This document shows, one piece after another, positions 15,485 through 27,189 of a stretch of DNA of 64,000 bases. Source of the stretch: Verrucomicrobiia bacterium (GTDB taxonomy: Bacteria > Verrucomicrobiota > Verrucomicrobiia > Limisphaerales > UBA11358); the NCBI GenBank assembly GCA_035945675.1, contig DASZAB010000025.1, forward strand, positions 1,108 through 65,107, in the 5' to 3' direction. The position numbers and the translations under genes are program-made. The notes beneath the pieces were generated by a model. It saw only the letters and a list, made by a program, of their open reading frames with translations. It did no database searches and was not told the origin of the DNA. How positions within the stretch are numbered: position 1 is the first letter of the stretch; every line of letters begins with the position of its first letter.

Positions 15485-16612
15485 TCAAATTTCCAGGACC
15501 TTCTCAAACCGCGTCAGGTTGCGCGCGCCGTTCGTCGTGACGAGGGCGACGTCTTCCAGGCGCACGCCGCCGCCCAGTCCGGGGTAATAAAGCCCAGGCT
15601 CAATCGTGACGACGTGGCCGGGCCTCAATGTTTCGGTGGAGGTCGCGCCCATTCGCGGCGCTTCATGAATTTCCAGACCGAGCCCGTGTCCGGTGCCGTG
15701 GAAGAAGCCTTCCATGCGGCCATCCCTTCGCCCGGTTTTGTAACCCTGCTGAACAAAAAATTGTTGCACCGCTTTATGGACTTCCGCCGTTTTCACCCTG
15801 GCCCGGATTTTTTCGAACGCGATTTTCTGCCCCTGGAGGACCGTGGCATAAAGTTTCCGCACCCCCTCGCTGGCGCGCCCGCGGACAACCGTGCGGGTGA
15901 TGTCGCCGAAGTAACCGGTCTTTTGCGACCGCGGGAAAATATCAAGGATGATCGGCTCGTGCGCGCGGAGCGGGCCATGGCCGCGTTCGTGCGGGTCGCA
16001 GCCCTGTTTGCCGCCGGCCACGATCGTGTTCGCCGCCAGGCCGTTCGCCTGCAAAATCGCGCAGTCAATCACGGCGCGGAGGCATTCGGCAGTCAGCGGC
16101 ACGCCATGGTAAATCAATTTCCGGTCGCGCGCGATTTTGGCCCCGCGCAACACTTCCATCCCTTCGGCCATGCCGACCTCCGCCATGGCCAGCGCGGCGG
16201 AAATCTTTTTGACCTCGTCGGCGGATTTGATTTCGCGTCCGGGAAAAAAGCCGGCTTGTGGTTTCAGTTTGATTCCGAGTTTCTTCAAGTCTTTGGCCAG
16301 GCCGAGCGGAAAGTTGTCCGGCACGAGGGCGCGGCGGATTTTTTTCTCGCGCAACAGCAGCCGGACGACGTGGGGGAGGCTGGCTGTTTTGGTGCCGGCG
16401 GCGCGCAACTTCCTTTGGTACGCGCTCAGCGAGAGCACGCGGCAGTGCGGCGCCTGGGCGCGGGCCCGGTCAATTTCCAGATCACTCATCACGATGACCG
16501 GCCGGCCGTCAAAGTTGAGGTAGATGAACGGGTCAGGCACGAACATGCCGACGGCATAAAGCATGTTCGCGTCGCGCTCGCTGTCCGCGACGATGAGCAG
16601 GGTTTCGTTCAA
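15485..16612 (-). CDS. M24-family Xaa-Pro aminopeptidase / dipeptidase
   Basis: Creatinase-like N-terminal half. DIFP..GYFGDITRT, HGTGHGLGLEIHEAP and EPGLY..G.GGVRLED are metal-ligand motifs. The TTG start abuts the sppA stop. Confidence 0.8.
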   Translation of the reverse strand: MNETLLIVADSERDANMLYAVGMFVPDPFIYLNFDGRPVIVMSDLEIDRARAQAPHCRVLSLSAYQRKLRAAGTKTASLPHVVRLLLREKKIRRALVPDNFPLGLAKDLKKLGIKLKPQAGFFPGREIKSADEVKKISAALAMAEVGMAEGMEVLRGAKIARDRKLIYHGVPLTAECLRAVIDCAILQANGLAANTIVAGGKQGCDPHERGHGPLRAHEPIILDIFPRSQKTGYFGDITRTVVRGRASEGVRKLYATVLQGQKIAFEKIRARVKTAEVHKAVQQFFVQQGYKTGRRDGRMEGFFHGTGHGLGLEIHEAPRMGATSTETLRPGHVVTIEPGLYYPGLGGGVRLEDVALVTTNGARNLTRFEKVLEI

Positions 16613-17752
16613 TCAGTTGATGAAGGTGGGCGACAGGAAATAAAGCTCACCCGCCTGGAGCCTGGGCAATTCCAGGCCCAGGTCCAATTTGACGGAATGG
16701 GACAATTCAGTCTGGCCCAGCAAACGCAAAAAATTCGAAAGATCGTAGCGTTCGCGGTATTCGATCAAATTGGCATTCCGGATGCCGGCAATCCGTTTCG
16801 CGCGGTCCACCGCATCCTGAAAATCCCCGATCTCATCCACAAATCCGAGTTTATAGGCTTGCGTGCCCGAAAGCACACGGCCGTCGGCATAATTGGTCCA
16901 GTCCAGCGCCAGCGTGCGGCCTTCCTGCTTGTTCCTGGCGTGCGCGGCGTCACGCCCGGCGGCGACCACGTCCTTGAATTTTTGATACGTATCGTCAATC
17001 AAACCCTGGACCATCACCCGCTCCTCGGCCGGGATTTCATTCGTCTCGCGTTCGCCGCTGAGCATGTCTTTGAACTTGCCGCTCTTGAACGTGTCCGGCC
17101 AGATGCCGATCTTGTCCATCAACCCGCGATAATTCCATGTGTGCAGAATCACGCCGATGCTGCCGGTAATGGTCAGGTCGTTGGCCACAATCCAGCGGCA
17201 GGGCGACGAGATATAATAACCGCCCGAGGCGGCCAGACTGCCCATGGAACAAATGACCGATTTGCCGGAATCCTTCTGGAAATCCTTGATGGCGCGATAA
17301 ATTTGATCCGAGGCCATCACTTCGCCGCCGGGGGAATCCACCTTCAGGATCACCGCTTTGACGCGCCGGTCGTGTTTGGCGCGGTCCAACTGCGCTTTGA
17401 TGACGTCCACCATGTTGTTGCCGGCCTGGTCCACCGTTTGGCCGCTGATGATACCGTCCACCGTCACCACGGCGATCTTGCTGGACGCATCGTTGTCCTT
17501 GATCAGGCATTCGTCCAGGTTGGGGCCCACTTCGCGCGAAATGCCGCTGCTTAAACCGCCTTTGAACGTCAGCGCCTGGGAAACCAACTGGGCGAAATTG
17601 CCGAACAAACTGATCAGCAACAGAACCAGCAGAATGATGGCAAAAATCATCCACCCGCGGCCGCGGCGCGGCTTGGGCGGCGGCGGTGCGGTGATCACCG
17701 GCGGCGGCGGCGGTGGCGGCACCATGCCGGAGGAATCGGGTGCAGTATCCAT
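16613..17752 (-). CDS. sppA: Signal peptide peptidase SppA (36K type)
   Basis: Pro-rich N-terminus followed by a TM helix. KIAVVTVDGIISG, VKAVILKVDSPGGEV, the catalytic-Ser region MGSLAASGGYYIS, and TGSIGV. Confidence 0.85.
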   Translation of the reverse strand: MDTAPDSSGMVPPPPPPPVITAPPPPKPRRGRGWMIFAIILLVLLLISLFGNFAQLVSQALTFKGGLSSGISREVGPNLDECLIKDNDASSKIAVVTVDGIISGQTVDQAGNNMVDVIKAQLDRAKHDRRVKAVILKVDSPGGEVMASDQIYRAIKDFQKDSGKSVICSMGSLAASGGYYISSPCRWIVANDLTITGSIGVILHTWNYRGLMDKIGIWPDTFKSGKFKDMLSGERETNEIPAEERVMVQGLIDDTYQKFKDVVAAGRDAAHARNKQEGRTLALDWTNYADGRVLSGTQAYKLGFVDEIGDFQDAVDRAKRIAGIRNANLIEYRERYDLSNFLRLLGQTELSHSVKLDLGLELPRLQAGELYFLSPTFIN

Positions 17753-17764
17753 AGCGCCCGCAAC

Positions 17765-18565
17765 CTAGCGCAAAAGGGGCTGGCAGGCAAGGTGGATTGA
17801 ATCCGGCGCGGCCAGCTCATTTTTCAGACTTTCTACCTTTGGCCAAAGAAATACGGAGGTCCGGGGGTTGCCGCCGGCCCGTTCCAGCCAGCGGGTCAGA
17901 TAGCGGGCGTTAAAAACATCCACATGCTTCAGATTCAGATGTTTTTCCACGTGCGCGTCGGTGAAAACGATGGCGGCGTGAATCCACGGTTCAAAACCGG
18001 CGCGTGCTTTCAGAAATTTTTTCAGCCAGATAACATTATTGAGGGTCTGCCGGACGAAATCCTTTTCCAGAGGTTGCCCGTTCCGGCGCAGTTCGTCGTC
18101 TTGCCGGGTGATCCAGCCGGAATGCGATTTGGTCTCAATCAAAAAAATGGCGCCGTCCCCCCGAAATACCACGTGGTCAATATTACCCCGGCCGGTATTG
18201 ACGCCATGTTGCACCACATAATTTCCCGCCAGGCCATCGAGTAGAGCGCCGATTTTTTCCTCCGCCACGGCTCCTAGGCCGGCACGCTTCTCATGCCGAA
18301 AAAGTTTCTCCATCTCCGGCCCGGCGATGCGCTCGGCCGCTTTCATGATTAGGAATGAGACACAAAGCAGGAGCAGTCCGCCGGTTTGAAACATCGAGGT
18401 GCGGTTTCCCAGGAAATAAAGGACCGAGAGGGCACTAACGATAAAAATCAGGCCAATGGCTGATAATCCAACAATTTTTCTGCGGGTGTGCCACCTTGCT
18501 TCAAGCTGGCGGGTGCTCTTGCCGGCCAGGTTCGCCGATACATCCTGCTGCATGCCTTGCCTCAA
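17765..18565 (-). CDS. Membrane-anchored NERD (nuclease-related) domain protein
   Basis: Two N-terminal TM helices are followed by GALLDGL..NYVVQHGV..GRGNIDHVVFRGDGAIFLIETKSHSGWI, which fits the NERD pattern (DH.v....g.f.IE.K). Confidence 0.6.
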   Translation of the reverse strand: MRQGMQQDVSANLAGKSTRQLEARWHTRRKIVGLSAIGLIFIVSALSVLYFLGNRTSMFQTGGLLLLCVSFLIMKAAERIAGPEMEKLFRHEKRAGLGAVAEEKIGALLDGLAGNYVVQHGVNTGRGNIDHVVFRGDGAIFLIETKSHSGWITRQDDELRRNGQPLEKDFVRQTLNNVIWLKKFLKARAGFEPWIHAAIVFTDAHVEKHLNLKHVDVFNARYLTRWLERAGGNPRTSVFLWPKVESLKNELAAPDSIHLACQPLLR

Positions 18566-18591
18566 GCAGGACGTATTCCAGATTCGCTATT

Positions 18592-19575
18592 TTACCAATA
18601 ATGATGCACCAGCGGCTTGATCTCTGCGTCGTAAACCGCGCCAATCTTTTTCATCGTGGCCTTGGACAACGGCTTCAGATCGGATGCCGCGAGGTTTTCC
18701 GCAACTTGCGCCGGCCGTTTGGCGCCGGGGATGGCGCAGGTCACGGCGGAGAATTCCAGAATCCAGCGCAAGGCCAGTTGCGCCAGGGTCGCGTTCTTTG
18801 GCGCCAGCGGCTTCAATTCCTCCACCACGCGCAGGCCGGTATCGAAATCCACGCCGGAAAAAGTTTCGCCGCGATCAAACGCCTCGCCGTGGCGGTTGAA
18901 ATTGCGATGGTCTTCCTGTTCGAATTTGCTGTCGCGCGTGAATTTGCCCGACAACATCCCCGAGGCCAGCGGCACGCGCGCCAGGATCCCGACCTTGCGG
19001 CGTCGGGCTTCCGGAAAAAACAATTCACTCGGACGCTGGCGGAAAATGTTGAAGATGATTTGTACCGTTTGCACGCCGGGGAATTCGATGGCCTTCAGCG
19101 CCTCCTCCACCTTTTCCACGCTCACGCCGTAATGACGGATCTTGCCGGCCTTCACCAAATCATCGAGAATACCGAAAACGTCCGGCCGGTAAAATACCTC
19201 CGGATGCGGACAGTGCAGTTGCAGCAAGTCAATGGTGTCCGTTTCCAGATTTCTCAGACTGCGCTCAATCCAGGCGGTCAGATTTTCGCGGTTGTACCCT
19301 TCCGGGGTCTGCTTGGGCAGCCGCCGGCCAGCCTTGGTGGCGATGTAAAATTTCTCGTTCCGTTCTTTCTTCAGCTTCGCCAGCAGCCGTTCGCTGTGGC
19401 CGTCGCCGTAAACATCCGCCGTGTCGAAGAAATTCACGCCGCCGTCGAGCGCGGCGTGCAGGGCGGAGAGCGATTCCTGGTCCTTTACGGTTCCCCACGT
19501 GCCGCCGATGGCCCATGCGCCAAAACTGATTTCCGAAACCTTCCAGCCCGTTCGTCCCAGTTCGCGATATTTCAT
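18592..19575 (-). CDS. Aldo/keto reductase
   Basis: MKYRELGRTGWKVSEISFGAWAIGG, FFDTADVYGDGHSE, and GVS...E at the end of the barrel. Confidence 0.9.
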   Translation of the reverse strand: MKYRELGRTGWKVSEISFGAWAIGGTWGTVKDQESLSALHAALDGGVNFFDTADVYGDGHSERLLAKLKKERNEKFYIATKAGRRLPKQTPEGYNRENLTAWIERSLRNLETDTIDLLQLHCPHPEVFYRPDVFGILDDLVKAGKIRHYGVSVEKVEEALKAIEFPGVQTVQIIFNIFRQRPSELFFPEARRRKVGILARVPLASGMLSGKFTRDSKFEQEDHRNFNRHGEAFDRGETFSGVDFDTGLRVVEELKPLAPKNATLAQLALRWILEFSAVTCAIPGAKRPAQVAENLAASDLKPLSKATMKKIGAVYDAEIKPLVHHYW

Positions 19576-19652
19576 GCGCGAAAATTAAACGAAAAATTCT
19601 TCAACGCAAAGTAACAAAGGCGCGGGGAATTTTTTAGTCCGCCCATCCAGTT

Positions 19653-19750
19653 GGGGGGGGAGGGTCGGGGTGAGGCGGTGCGTTCTGCCAATTTTAATTC
19701 GTGCTTTACGCCCGCCCTCATCCTGACCTTCTCCCCCGGGGAGAAGGAAT
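19653..19750. repeat. GC-rich nested palindromic element (GGGGAGA(A/G)GG hairpin family), copy 1
   Basis: ggggggagggtcggggtgagg ... ccctcatcctgaccttctcccc-c-ggggagaagg, with a perfect 10-bp inner palindrome. It is related to the copies at 42157 and 46607. Confidence 0.6.
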
Positions 19751-19890
19751 AGCCACCGGCTGGTTCTGGCTTCACGGCTGGGCGTCCGGCAAATCCCGGC
19801 GCGCGCATTTTCCAGAAGGTGGCAAATCATTCTCCCTCTCCTCGCGGAGAATGCCGGGAGGGCGAGTGTTCACAACAAAATGGTTTTGAA

Positions 19891-19908
19891 ATCCGTGTTC
19901 ATCCGCGG
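19891..19908. repeat. GATGAACAC-family element (reverse orientation)
   Basis: atccgtgttcatccgcgg is the reverse complement of ccgcggatgaacacggat. Compare the copies at 25844 and 42117. Confidence 0.5.
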
Positions 19909-19921
19909 TTGAATTTTAGCG

Positions 19922-19953
19922 CCTTTGCGTCCTGGCGTCTTTGCGTTAAATTC
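19922..19953. repeat. 4 x 8-mer tandem array directly upstream of the clpB ATG
   Basis: cctttgcg|tcctggcg|tctttgcg|ttaaattc. Units 1 and 3 are conserved. The array ends 5 nt before the start codon. Confidence 0.5.
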
Positions 19954-19958
19954 CCGTC

Positions 19959-22604
19959 ATGCAACCGGAGAAGTTCACACAAAAGTCGCAGGAGGCGCTG
20001 CAAGAGGCGCAACGCCTCGCCCGCGAATATTCGCACCAGGAAATCGACGGCGAGCACCTTGCACTCGCGCTCATTGGCCAGACCGATAGCCTCACTCCCG
20101 ACCTCCTCGAACGCATCGGTGTGCCGGTCGCCCGGCTCAAGCCGGACCTTGAAGCCGAGCTCGCCCGCCGGCACAAGGTCCAGGGCGCAAGCGATGCCTA
20201 CGCCGGCGGCGATTTACGGAAGGCCCTCGATGCCGCGCAATCCGAGGCGACCAAACTCAAGGACGAATACGTCAGCACCGAACATCTGCTGCTCGGCTTG
20301 CTGGACGGCGGCGGGTCGGCATTGAAAAAGATTTTCGCCAAGCACGGCCTCAAGCGCGATGCCGTGCTCAAGGCGCTCGCCGAGTTGCGTGGCAACCAGC
20401 GCGTCACCGACGAAAATCCTGAAGCCAAATTCCAGGCGCTCGACAAATATGGCCGTGATCTGACCGCGCTCGCCAGACTGGGCAAAATTGACCCGGTCAT
20501 CGGCCGGGACGAGGAAATCCGCCGGGTGATGCAGGTATTGACGCGCCGGACGAAAAATAATCCGGTGCTGATTGGCGAGCCGGGTGTGGGTAAGACGGCG
20601 ATTGCCGAAGGCCTGGCCCGACGCATCGTCAGCGGCGACGTGCCGGAATCGCTCAAGAACAAGCGGCTCGTGGCGATGGACCTGAGCGCCATGATCGCCG
20701 GTGCAAAGTATCGCGGCGAGTTCGAGGACCGGCTCAAGGCGTTCCTCAAGGAAATTGTCGCCAGCGAAGGCAAAATCATTCTGTTCATTGACGAATTGCA
20801 CACGCTGGTCGGCGCGGGCGCGGCGGAAGGGGCGACCGACGCGGCGAACATCATGAAACCGCAGCTCGCGCGCGGTGAATTGCGTTGTGTCGGCGCCACG
20901 ACGATCGACGAATACCGCAAGCACATCGAGAAAGATCCGGCGCTCGAACGCCGGTTCCAACCCGTGCTGGTGGAGGAGCCGTCCGTCGAGGCGACCATCG
21001 CGATTCTGCGCGGACTCAAGGAACGGTATGAAGTGCACCATGGCGTGCGGATTCAGGATTCGGCGCTGGTGGCGGCGGCGACGTTATCGCATCGCTACAT
21101 TACCGACCGGTTTTTGCCGGATAAGGCGATTGACCTGGTGGATGAGGCGGCGTCGCGCATCAAGATGGAGCTGGATTCCAAGCCGACGGAACTCGACCAG
21201 CTTGACCGCAAGATTCTGCAGCTTGAAATTGAGCGGACGTCGCTCTCGAAGGAAAAAGATTCAGCCAGCAAGGAGCGATTGAAATTACTCGACAAGGAAT
21301 TGGCAAATTTGAAGGAGAAATCGAAGGCGCTCACCGCGCAGTGGCAGAATGAAAAGGTTGCCGTCAACGCTGTCAGCGTGGTGCAATCGCAACTCGAGCA
21401 AGCGAAGCTGGAACTGGAGCAGGCGCAACGCCAAGGCGATTTGACCAGGTCGGCGGAGATTCAATACGGGAAAATCCCGGACCTGGAAAAGAAGCTCTCC
21501 AGGATCGAAAAGCAATCTGCGCAAGCGACGCGCACGTCCTTGCTCCGTCAGGAAGTCACGGACGAAGACATCGCCAAAGTGGTGGCGTCGTGGACACACA
21601 TTCCGGTTTCGCGAATGCTCGAGGGCGAGCGGCAAAAGCTCGTGAAGATGGAGGAACGGCTGGCTCAGCGCGTGGTTGGACAGAAGGAGGCGATCAAGGC
21701 CGTGTCCGATGCCGTGCGCCGGGCGCGAAGCGGATTACAGGACCCGAACCGCCCGATCGGCTCGTTCATTTTCCTTGGCCCGACCGGCGTGGGCAAGACC
21801 GAGACCGCCCGGGCGCTGGCGGAATTTTTGTTCGACGACGAGAACGCCATGATTCGCATCGACATGAGCGAATACATGGAGAAACACACCGTGTCTCGGC
21901 TCATCGGCGCGCCGCCCGGTTATGTTGGTTACGAGGAAGGCGGGCAACTCAGCGAAGCGGTGCGACGGCGGCCCTATTCGGTGGTGCTCTTTGACGAGAT
22001 TGAGAAGGCGCATCACGACGTGTTCAACGTGCTGTTGCAGGTGCTGGATGATGGCCGGCTCACAGACGGGCAGGGGAGGACGTTGGATTTCAAAAACACC
22101 ATTGTCATCATGACCAGCAACCTCGGCTCGCCCATCATCCAGGAGTGGTTTGAAAGCAGGAGCCGGCGTGAGGAGGCTCAAAATTCCGGCGGAAAAGCCA
22201 GTCAGAGACTCGTCGCCTCGTCTCCTACAGGAGAATTGGAAAAGCAGGTGAAGGCCGAGTTAAAACGTCATTTCCGGCCGGAATTTCTGAATCGCGTGGA
22301 TGATGTGATTATTTTTCAGAGCCTCGACGAGGAGGAACTCGCGAAGATCGTGGAGATTCAACTGGAGCGGCTGCAAAAGCGGCTGGCGCAGCAAAATCTC
22401 ACTCTCGACGTGGATGCTGCCGTCAAGAAACTGCTGGCCAAGGAAGGTTACGATCCGCAATTCGGCGCGCGTCCCCTCAAGCGCGCCGTGCAAGAGCAAT
22501 TACTCAACCCACTGGCGACCAAATTGCTCGAAGGCGATTTCAAGCCCGGCGACCGGATCAGGGTTACCGCGGATGGCGAGGGTTTGGTGTTCAAGACGAA
22601 GTGA
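19959..22604 (+). CDS. clpB: ATP-dependent chaperone ClpB
   Basis: Clp_N repeats; NBD1 [10 protein letters not shown]; a long coiled-coil middle domain; NBD2 GPTGVGKTE; DEIEKAH; SNLGS. Confidence 0.95.
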   Translation: MQPEKFTQKSQEALQEAQRLAREYSHQEIDGEHLALALIGQTDSLTPDLLERIGVPVARLKPDLEAELARRHKVQGASDAYAGGDLRKALDAAQSEATKLKDEYVSTEHLLLGLLDGGGSALKKIFAKHGLKRDAVLKALAELRGNQRVTDENPEAKFQALDKYGRDLTALARLGKIDPVIGRDEEIRRVMQVLTRRTKNNPVLIGEPGVGKTAIAEGLARRIVSGDVPESLKNKRLVAMDLSAMIAGAKYRGEFEDRLKAFLKEIVASEGKIILFIDELHTLVGAGAAEGATDAANIMKPQLARGELRCVGATTIDEYRKHIEKDPALERRFQPVLVEEPSVEATIAILRGLKERYEVHHGVRIQDSALVAAATLSHRYITDRFLPDKAIDLVDEAASRIKMELDSKPTELDQLDRKILQLEIERTSLSKEKDSASKERLKLLDKELANLKEKSKALTAQWQNEKVAVNAVSVVQSQLEQAKLELEQAQRQGDLTRSAEIQYGKIPDLEKKLSRIEKQSAQATRTSLLRQEVTDEDIAKVVASWTHIPVSRMLEGERQKLVKMEERLAQRVVGQKEAIKAVSDAVRRARSGLQDPNRPIGSFIFLGPTGVGKTETARALAEFLFDDENAMIRIDMSEYMEKHTVSRLIGAPPGYVGYEEGGQLSEAVRRRPYSVVLFDEIEKAHHDVFNVLLQVLDDGRLTDGQGRTLDFKNTIVIMTSNLGSPIIQEWFESRSRREEAQNSGGKASQRLVASSPTGELEKQVKAELKRHFRPEFLNRVDDVIIFQSLDEEELAKIVEIQLERLQKRLAQQNLTLDVDAAVKKLLAKEGYDPQFGARPLKRAVQEQLLNPLATKLLEGDFKPGDRIRVTADGEGLVFKTK
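22201..22232. repeat. In-frame copy of the GAGACTC...TCGTCTCC element inside clpB
   Basis: gtcagagactcgtcgcctcgtctcctacagga encodes [11 protein letters not shown]. It is near-identical in layout to the intergenic copy at 39948-39981. Confidence 0.55.
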
Positions 22605-22711
22605 CGATGTTGCTTGGAGCGGGACTCGCGCCGTAACTGTTGCGAAGGCGGAGCGACAAAATCAAAGTTTCAGTCACGATGGCGGGTTGGTTATTCAGCG
22701 GAAACAAGCGG

Positions 22712-23824
22712 TTACTCTTCCAGTTGCGGCAATTTGCCCTCCCGGTAACTCGCCAACGTCTTTTCCAAACTGACTTTCTCTTTTGGGTTTGACTCTAGGT
22801 TCACTGCCTTTCCTTCCGTGGCCATGGCTTCCTCTTTCTTGCCCAGCCTGAATTGCACGCGCGCCAGCGTGTCGAGCAGGGCCGTGTTCTTTTCATCTGT
22901 CAATTGCACTCCGCGTTCGGCCATGGTTTCGGCCAGTTCAAGACAGTGTTGATCTGGACTTTCGCTGGTGGCGATGGTCCAAGCCAGCTCGTTTTGCCAG
23001 ATGTCATTGGTGGAGTGGGATTTGCTGAACTCATCAGCAAATTGAAACGCTTCGGCAAATTGTTTCCGGCCGAGAAGGATTTTCAGCCGTGGCCCGATAA
23101 AGCTGTTCTTAAAATGAGGAAACGCGCTCTGAATGGAATCCAGCGCCGTTTCGGCATCATCCCATTTTTTTTGATCGAGGGCAGAAACTAACTTCTTCTG
23201 TAACGCCTGAAATTGTTGGTCCGCTTCCCGGTCCTTCCTGTATTCCACGGTGGCCTTGGCCAGGTCATAATGGCCGGAAACAATGTCATCCAAAACCTGT
23301 TCCTTCAAAGTCATCGGATGGCCAATCCACGCAATTCTGCCTTGTTGGTTGACGATAAATGCCGTCGGAATGCCGTGATAATTTGTTCCCCGTTTCCACC
23401 AGTGCTCCGCCATGAAGCCTTCGTGGTGGTACCAGCCTTTGTCGTCAAGGGCGACGCGGTAGGTCATGTTGGTGCCCATTTTCTTAACGAACGGCGCGAC
23501 CGCATTGTCCGAATCCCAAACGTCCTGGCCGATGACAATCACCCCCTTATTTTTGAATTTTTGCCACAAAGCATTCAGATGCGGAATGGATTGAACGCAC
23601 GGCCCACACCAGGTCGCCCAGAACTCAACGATGTAAACGTGATTGCCGTCAAAGACCCGCACCGGTTCGCCCTGGACCCATTTGCCCGTTTGCAGTTTGG
23701 GCGCCTTGTCACCCACCATCACTTCCGCTCGGGTCCCGCACGTCGCAGCCGTCAGAATGGCGACTGCAATAACCAACCGAAATGGAGATGAATTTTTCAT
23801 AAACGGCCACGTTTCAGGTTTCAT
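22712..23824 (-). CDS. Secreted thioredoxin-fold (TlpA/redoxin-like, WCGPC) protein with a C-terminal TPR-like helical domain
   Basis: Signal peptide MKNSSPFRLVIAVAILTAATC; YIVEFWATWCGPCVQSIPHL active site; helical repeats in the C-terminal half. The start is ATG 23824 or ATG 23800. The longer track ORF (to 24127) overlaps the divergent gene. Confidence 0.7.
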   Translation of the reverse strand: MKPETWPFMKNSSPFRLVIAVAILTAATCGTRAEVMVGDKAPKLQTGKWVQGEPVRVFDGNHVYIVEFWATWCGPCVQSIPHLNALWQKFKNKGVIVIGQDVWDSDNAVAPFVKKMGTNMTYRVALDDKGWYHHEGFMAEHWWKRGTNYHGIPTAFIVNQQGRIAWIGHPMTLKEQVLDDIVSGHYDLAKATVEYRKDREADQQFQALQKKLVSALDQKKWDDAETALDSIQSAFPHFKNSFIGPRLKILLGRKQFAEAFQFADEFSKSHSTNDIWQNELAWTIATSESPDQHCLELAETMAERGVQLTDEKNTALLDTLARVQFRLGKKEEAMATEGKAVNLESNPKEKVSLEKTLASYREGKLPQLEE

Positions 23825-23903
23825 GCGCCTGTTTCCATATCTTGTCAAAGTTTTTATCGTCACTTGGTCTTGAATCCGGCGGGTGGTGCGGGATACTCGC
23901 CCT

Positions 23904-25400
23904 ATGAACCGCCGAAACTTCATCAAACTCGGTGTCGTGGGCGCCGGTGCGACCCTGGCCGGAATTGAGCTGTCTCCGAGTGAGCCGGCCGCCATTACAG
24001 CGTCCGCCAAATCGTCCGCCGTGGTCGCCATTCCCATCGGCGTCGCCCCGCTCGCGCAGCGGGACCTGGATCCGATGTTCGACGACATGCGCGCACGGGC
24101 CGGGGTGAACGCACTGTTCACCTTCATCTACACCCACGAACCGCATCGCGCCGGCGTCGTGCGTGAAGGTTCCCGCCCGGACAATTTTCACGGCGGCAAT
24201 TACGCGCGGCCGCACGTGCAATTTTACAGGGACACACCGCTGACCCTGGCGGACATGACGGCGCCGGAATTCGGTGGCGTGGATGTGCTGGAGCGCGTCA
24301 TTCCGGTGGCGAAGAAGCACGGTATCCGCGTGTTTCCTTTTATTCTTGAAGACAATCAACTTCCCGCCGCGGTGAGGCAGAATTGGGAAAAACTTTATGA
24401 AGTGGACCATCATGGCCGGCGCACCACCGGGCATCCGGGCGGGCCCTGCTTCAACAATCCCGGCTACCGGAATTTCACGCTCGGTCTCGTCGAGGATTAC
24501 GCGCGCTCCTATGACATTGGCGGCATCATGTGGGGTTCGGAACGGCAGAGCGGATTGCTCAACACGCTCGGTGTTTCCCAAAGCAGCGGACAGGATCCCG
24601 GCAAGACGACCTGCTTCTGCGAGTTCTGCCAGAAGCAGGGCCGCGACCGGGGCATTGACGTGGAACGCGCGCGACAGGGCTTCGACGCGATGGAAGCGTT
24701 TGTGCGCGACGGCCGGAATGGCCAGCGTCCGCGCGACGGTTATTTCACCAGGTTTTGGCGGTTGCTGCTCCAATATCCGGAAGTGCTCGCGTGGGAAAAT
24801 CTGTGGGTGACCAGCCGCCACGAACTTCAGGCGGCAATTTATCGCAAAGTCAAATCCGTCAATCCCGCCCTGCAGGTTGGCTGGCATGTCTGGCAGAATG
24901 TGACGTTCAGCCCGTTCCAGCGGGCCGAGGAAAATCTAGCGGACCTGGCCGGTTGCTCCGATTTCATCCGGCCCGCGGTTTACAACAATGTCGCCGGCGG
25001 CCGTTTCGTGACCTTCGTCAAGGACGCGCGCCAATCCGTCTTTGGTGACCTGCCGCCCGAACTAACGCTCGACGTGCTTTACCGGCAGCTTAATTACCAC
25101 GAAGCACCATTTGCTGAGCTTGCAGCGACCGGGTTCTCGCCGGACTACGTGGAACGCGAAACCCGCCGCGCCGTGGAGTCCGTCGCCGGTCATCCCGTGC
25201 AAATCTGGCCGGGGGTGGACATTGATGTGCCGGTGAGCGCGGGCGAAGCGCATTGCACGCCGGAGAGCGTGGCGCAGGCAGCGAAGGCCGCGTTCAAAGG
25301 CGGTGCTCAAGGCATCATCCTGTCCCGCAACTACACCGAAATGAAGCCGGACAATCTGTCGGGCGCCGGTAACGCCTTGCGCGAACTGGGAGTGATTTGA
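23904..25400 (+). CDS. Tat-signal exported protein of unknown function (possibly glycoside-hydrolase-like)
   Basis: Twin-arginine leader MNRRNFIKLGVVGAGATLAG. I recognise no catalytic motif. The size and alternating pattern are compatible with a TIM barrel, but this is speculative. Confidence 0.5.
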   Translation: MNRRNFIKLGVVGAGATLAGIELSPSEPAAITASAKSSAVVAIPIGVAPLAQRDLDPMFDDMRARAGVNALFTFIYTHEPHRAGVVREGSRPDNFHGGNYARPHVQFYRDTPLTLADMTAPEFGGVDVLERVIPVAKKHGIRVFPFILEDNQLPAAVRQNWEKLYEVDHHGRRTTGHPGGPCFNNPGYRNFTLGLVEDYARSYDIGGIMWGSERQSGLLNTLGVSQSSGQDPGKTTCFCEFCQKQGRDRGIDVERARQGFDAMEAFVRDGRNGQRPRDGYFTRFWRLLLQYPEVLAWENLWVTSRHELQAAIYRKVKSVNPALQVGWHVWQNVTFSPFQRAEENLADLAGCSDFIRPAVYNNVAGGRFVTFVKDARQSVFGDLPPELTLDVLYRQLNYHEAPFAELAATGFSPDYVERETRRAVESVAGHPVQIWPGVDIDVPVSAGEAHCTPESVAQAAKAAFKGGAQGIILSRNYTEMKPDNLSGAGNALRELGVI

Positions 25401-25417
25401 TGACCATGAATAGTCAA

Positions 25418-25813
25418 TCAGCCCCGATACTGCTCGTCGCTGACCTTTTCCATCCAGTCAACCACCTTGCCGTCGAGCTGTTCCTGAATGGCGATGTGCG
25501 TCATGGCCGTGGCGGGCGCGGCGCCGTGCCAATGCTTCTCGCCCGGAGGGAACCAGATGACGTCGCCCGGTCGGATTTCTTCGATGGGACCGCCCCAGCG
25601 CTGCACGCGTCCGCACCCGGCCGTCACGATCAGCGTCTGGCCCAGCGGGTGAGTGTGCCAGGCAGTTCGAGCGCCGGGCTCGAATGTGACATTGGCGCCA
25701 GCCACGCGTGCGGGAGCACTCGCCTGAAAAAGAGGGTCAATGCGCACCGTGCCGGTAAACCAATCGGCTGGTCCTTCGTTGGAAGGCTGCGAGCCACTGC
25801 GTTTGATTTCCAT
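25418..25813 (-). CDS. Cupin-domain protein
   Basis: [27 protein letters not shown] ... PGEKHWHGA carries the classic two-motif cupin signature. Confidence 0.8.
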   Translation of the reverse strand: MEIKRSGSQPSNEGPADWFTGTVRIDPLFQASAPARVAGANVTFEPGARTAWHTHPLGQTLIVTAGCGRVQRWGGPIEEIRPGDVIWFPPGEKHWHGAAPATAMTHIAIQEQLDGKVVDWMEKVSDEQYRG

Positions 25814-25843
25814 ATTTTCAATTTCCTCCTTTACTGTTTTTTA

Positions 25844-25877
25844 CCACGGATGAACACAGATGGACACAGATAAAAAA
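25844..25877. repeat. GATGAACAC-family 3 x 10-mer array
   Basis: (ccacg)gatgaacaca|gatggacaca|gataaaaaac. Confidence 0.5.
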
Positions 25878-25893
25878 CAACGGAGCGAGGCTG

Positions 25894-27040
<1,147 letters not shown>

Positions 27041-27189
27041 TCAAATGGGCGCGGCTGTCGCCCGCGGTCTTGCTTCACCTGTTGCGGGATTGCTCGAAAG
27101 TGCGGACCTGCACCGTAGTTGATCAGGAGAAAACTGAGAAAACAGAAAAAGAAATTAAAGCTCCATTCTTTCTGTTTTCAGCCGTTACT

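Noticed and set aside
15461-17554. 697-aa plus-strand ORF spanning the pepP-like and sppA genes
   Set aside because: It is antisense to two genes with unambiguous family motifs (HGTGHGLGLEIHE; SppA Ser region). Its composition is dominated by Arg, Gly, Ala, His and Asp. No domain is recognisable.
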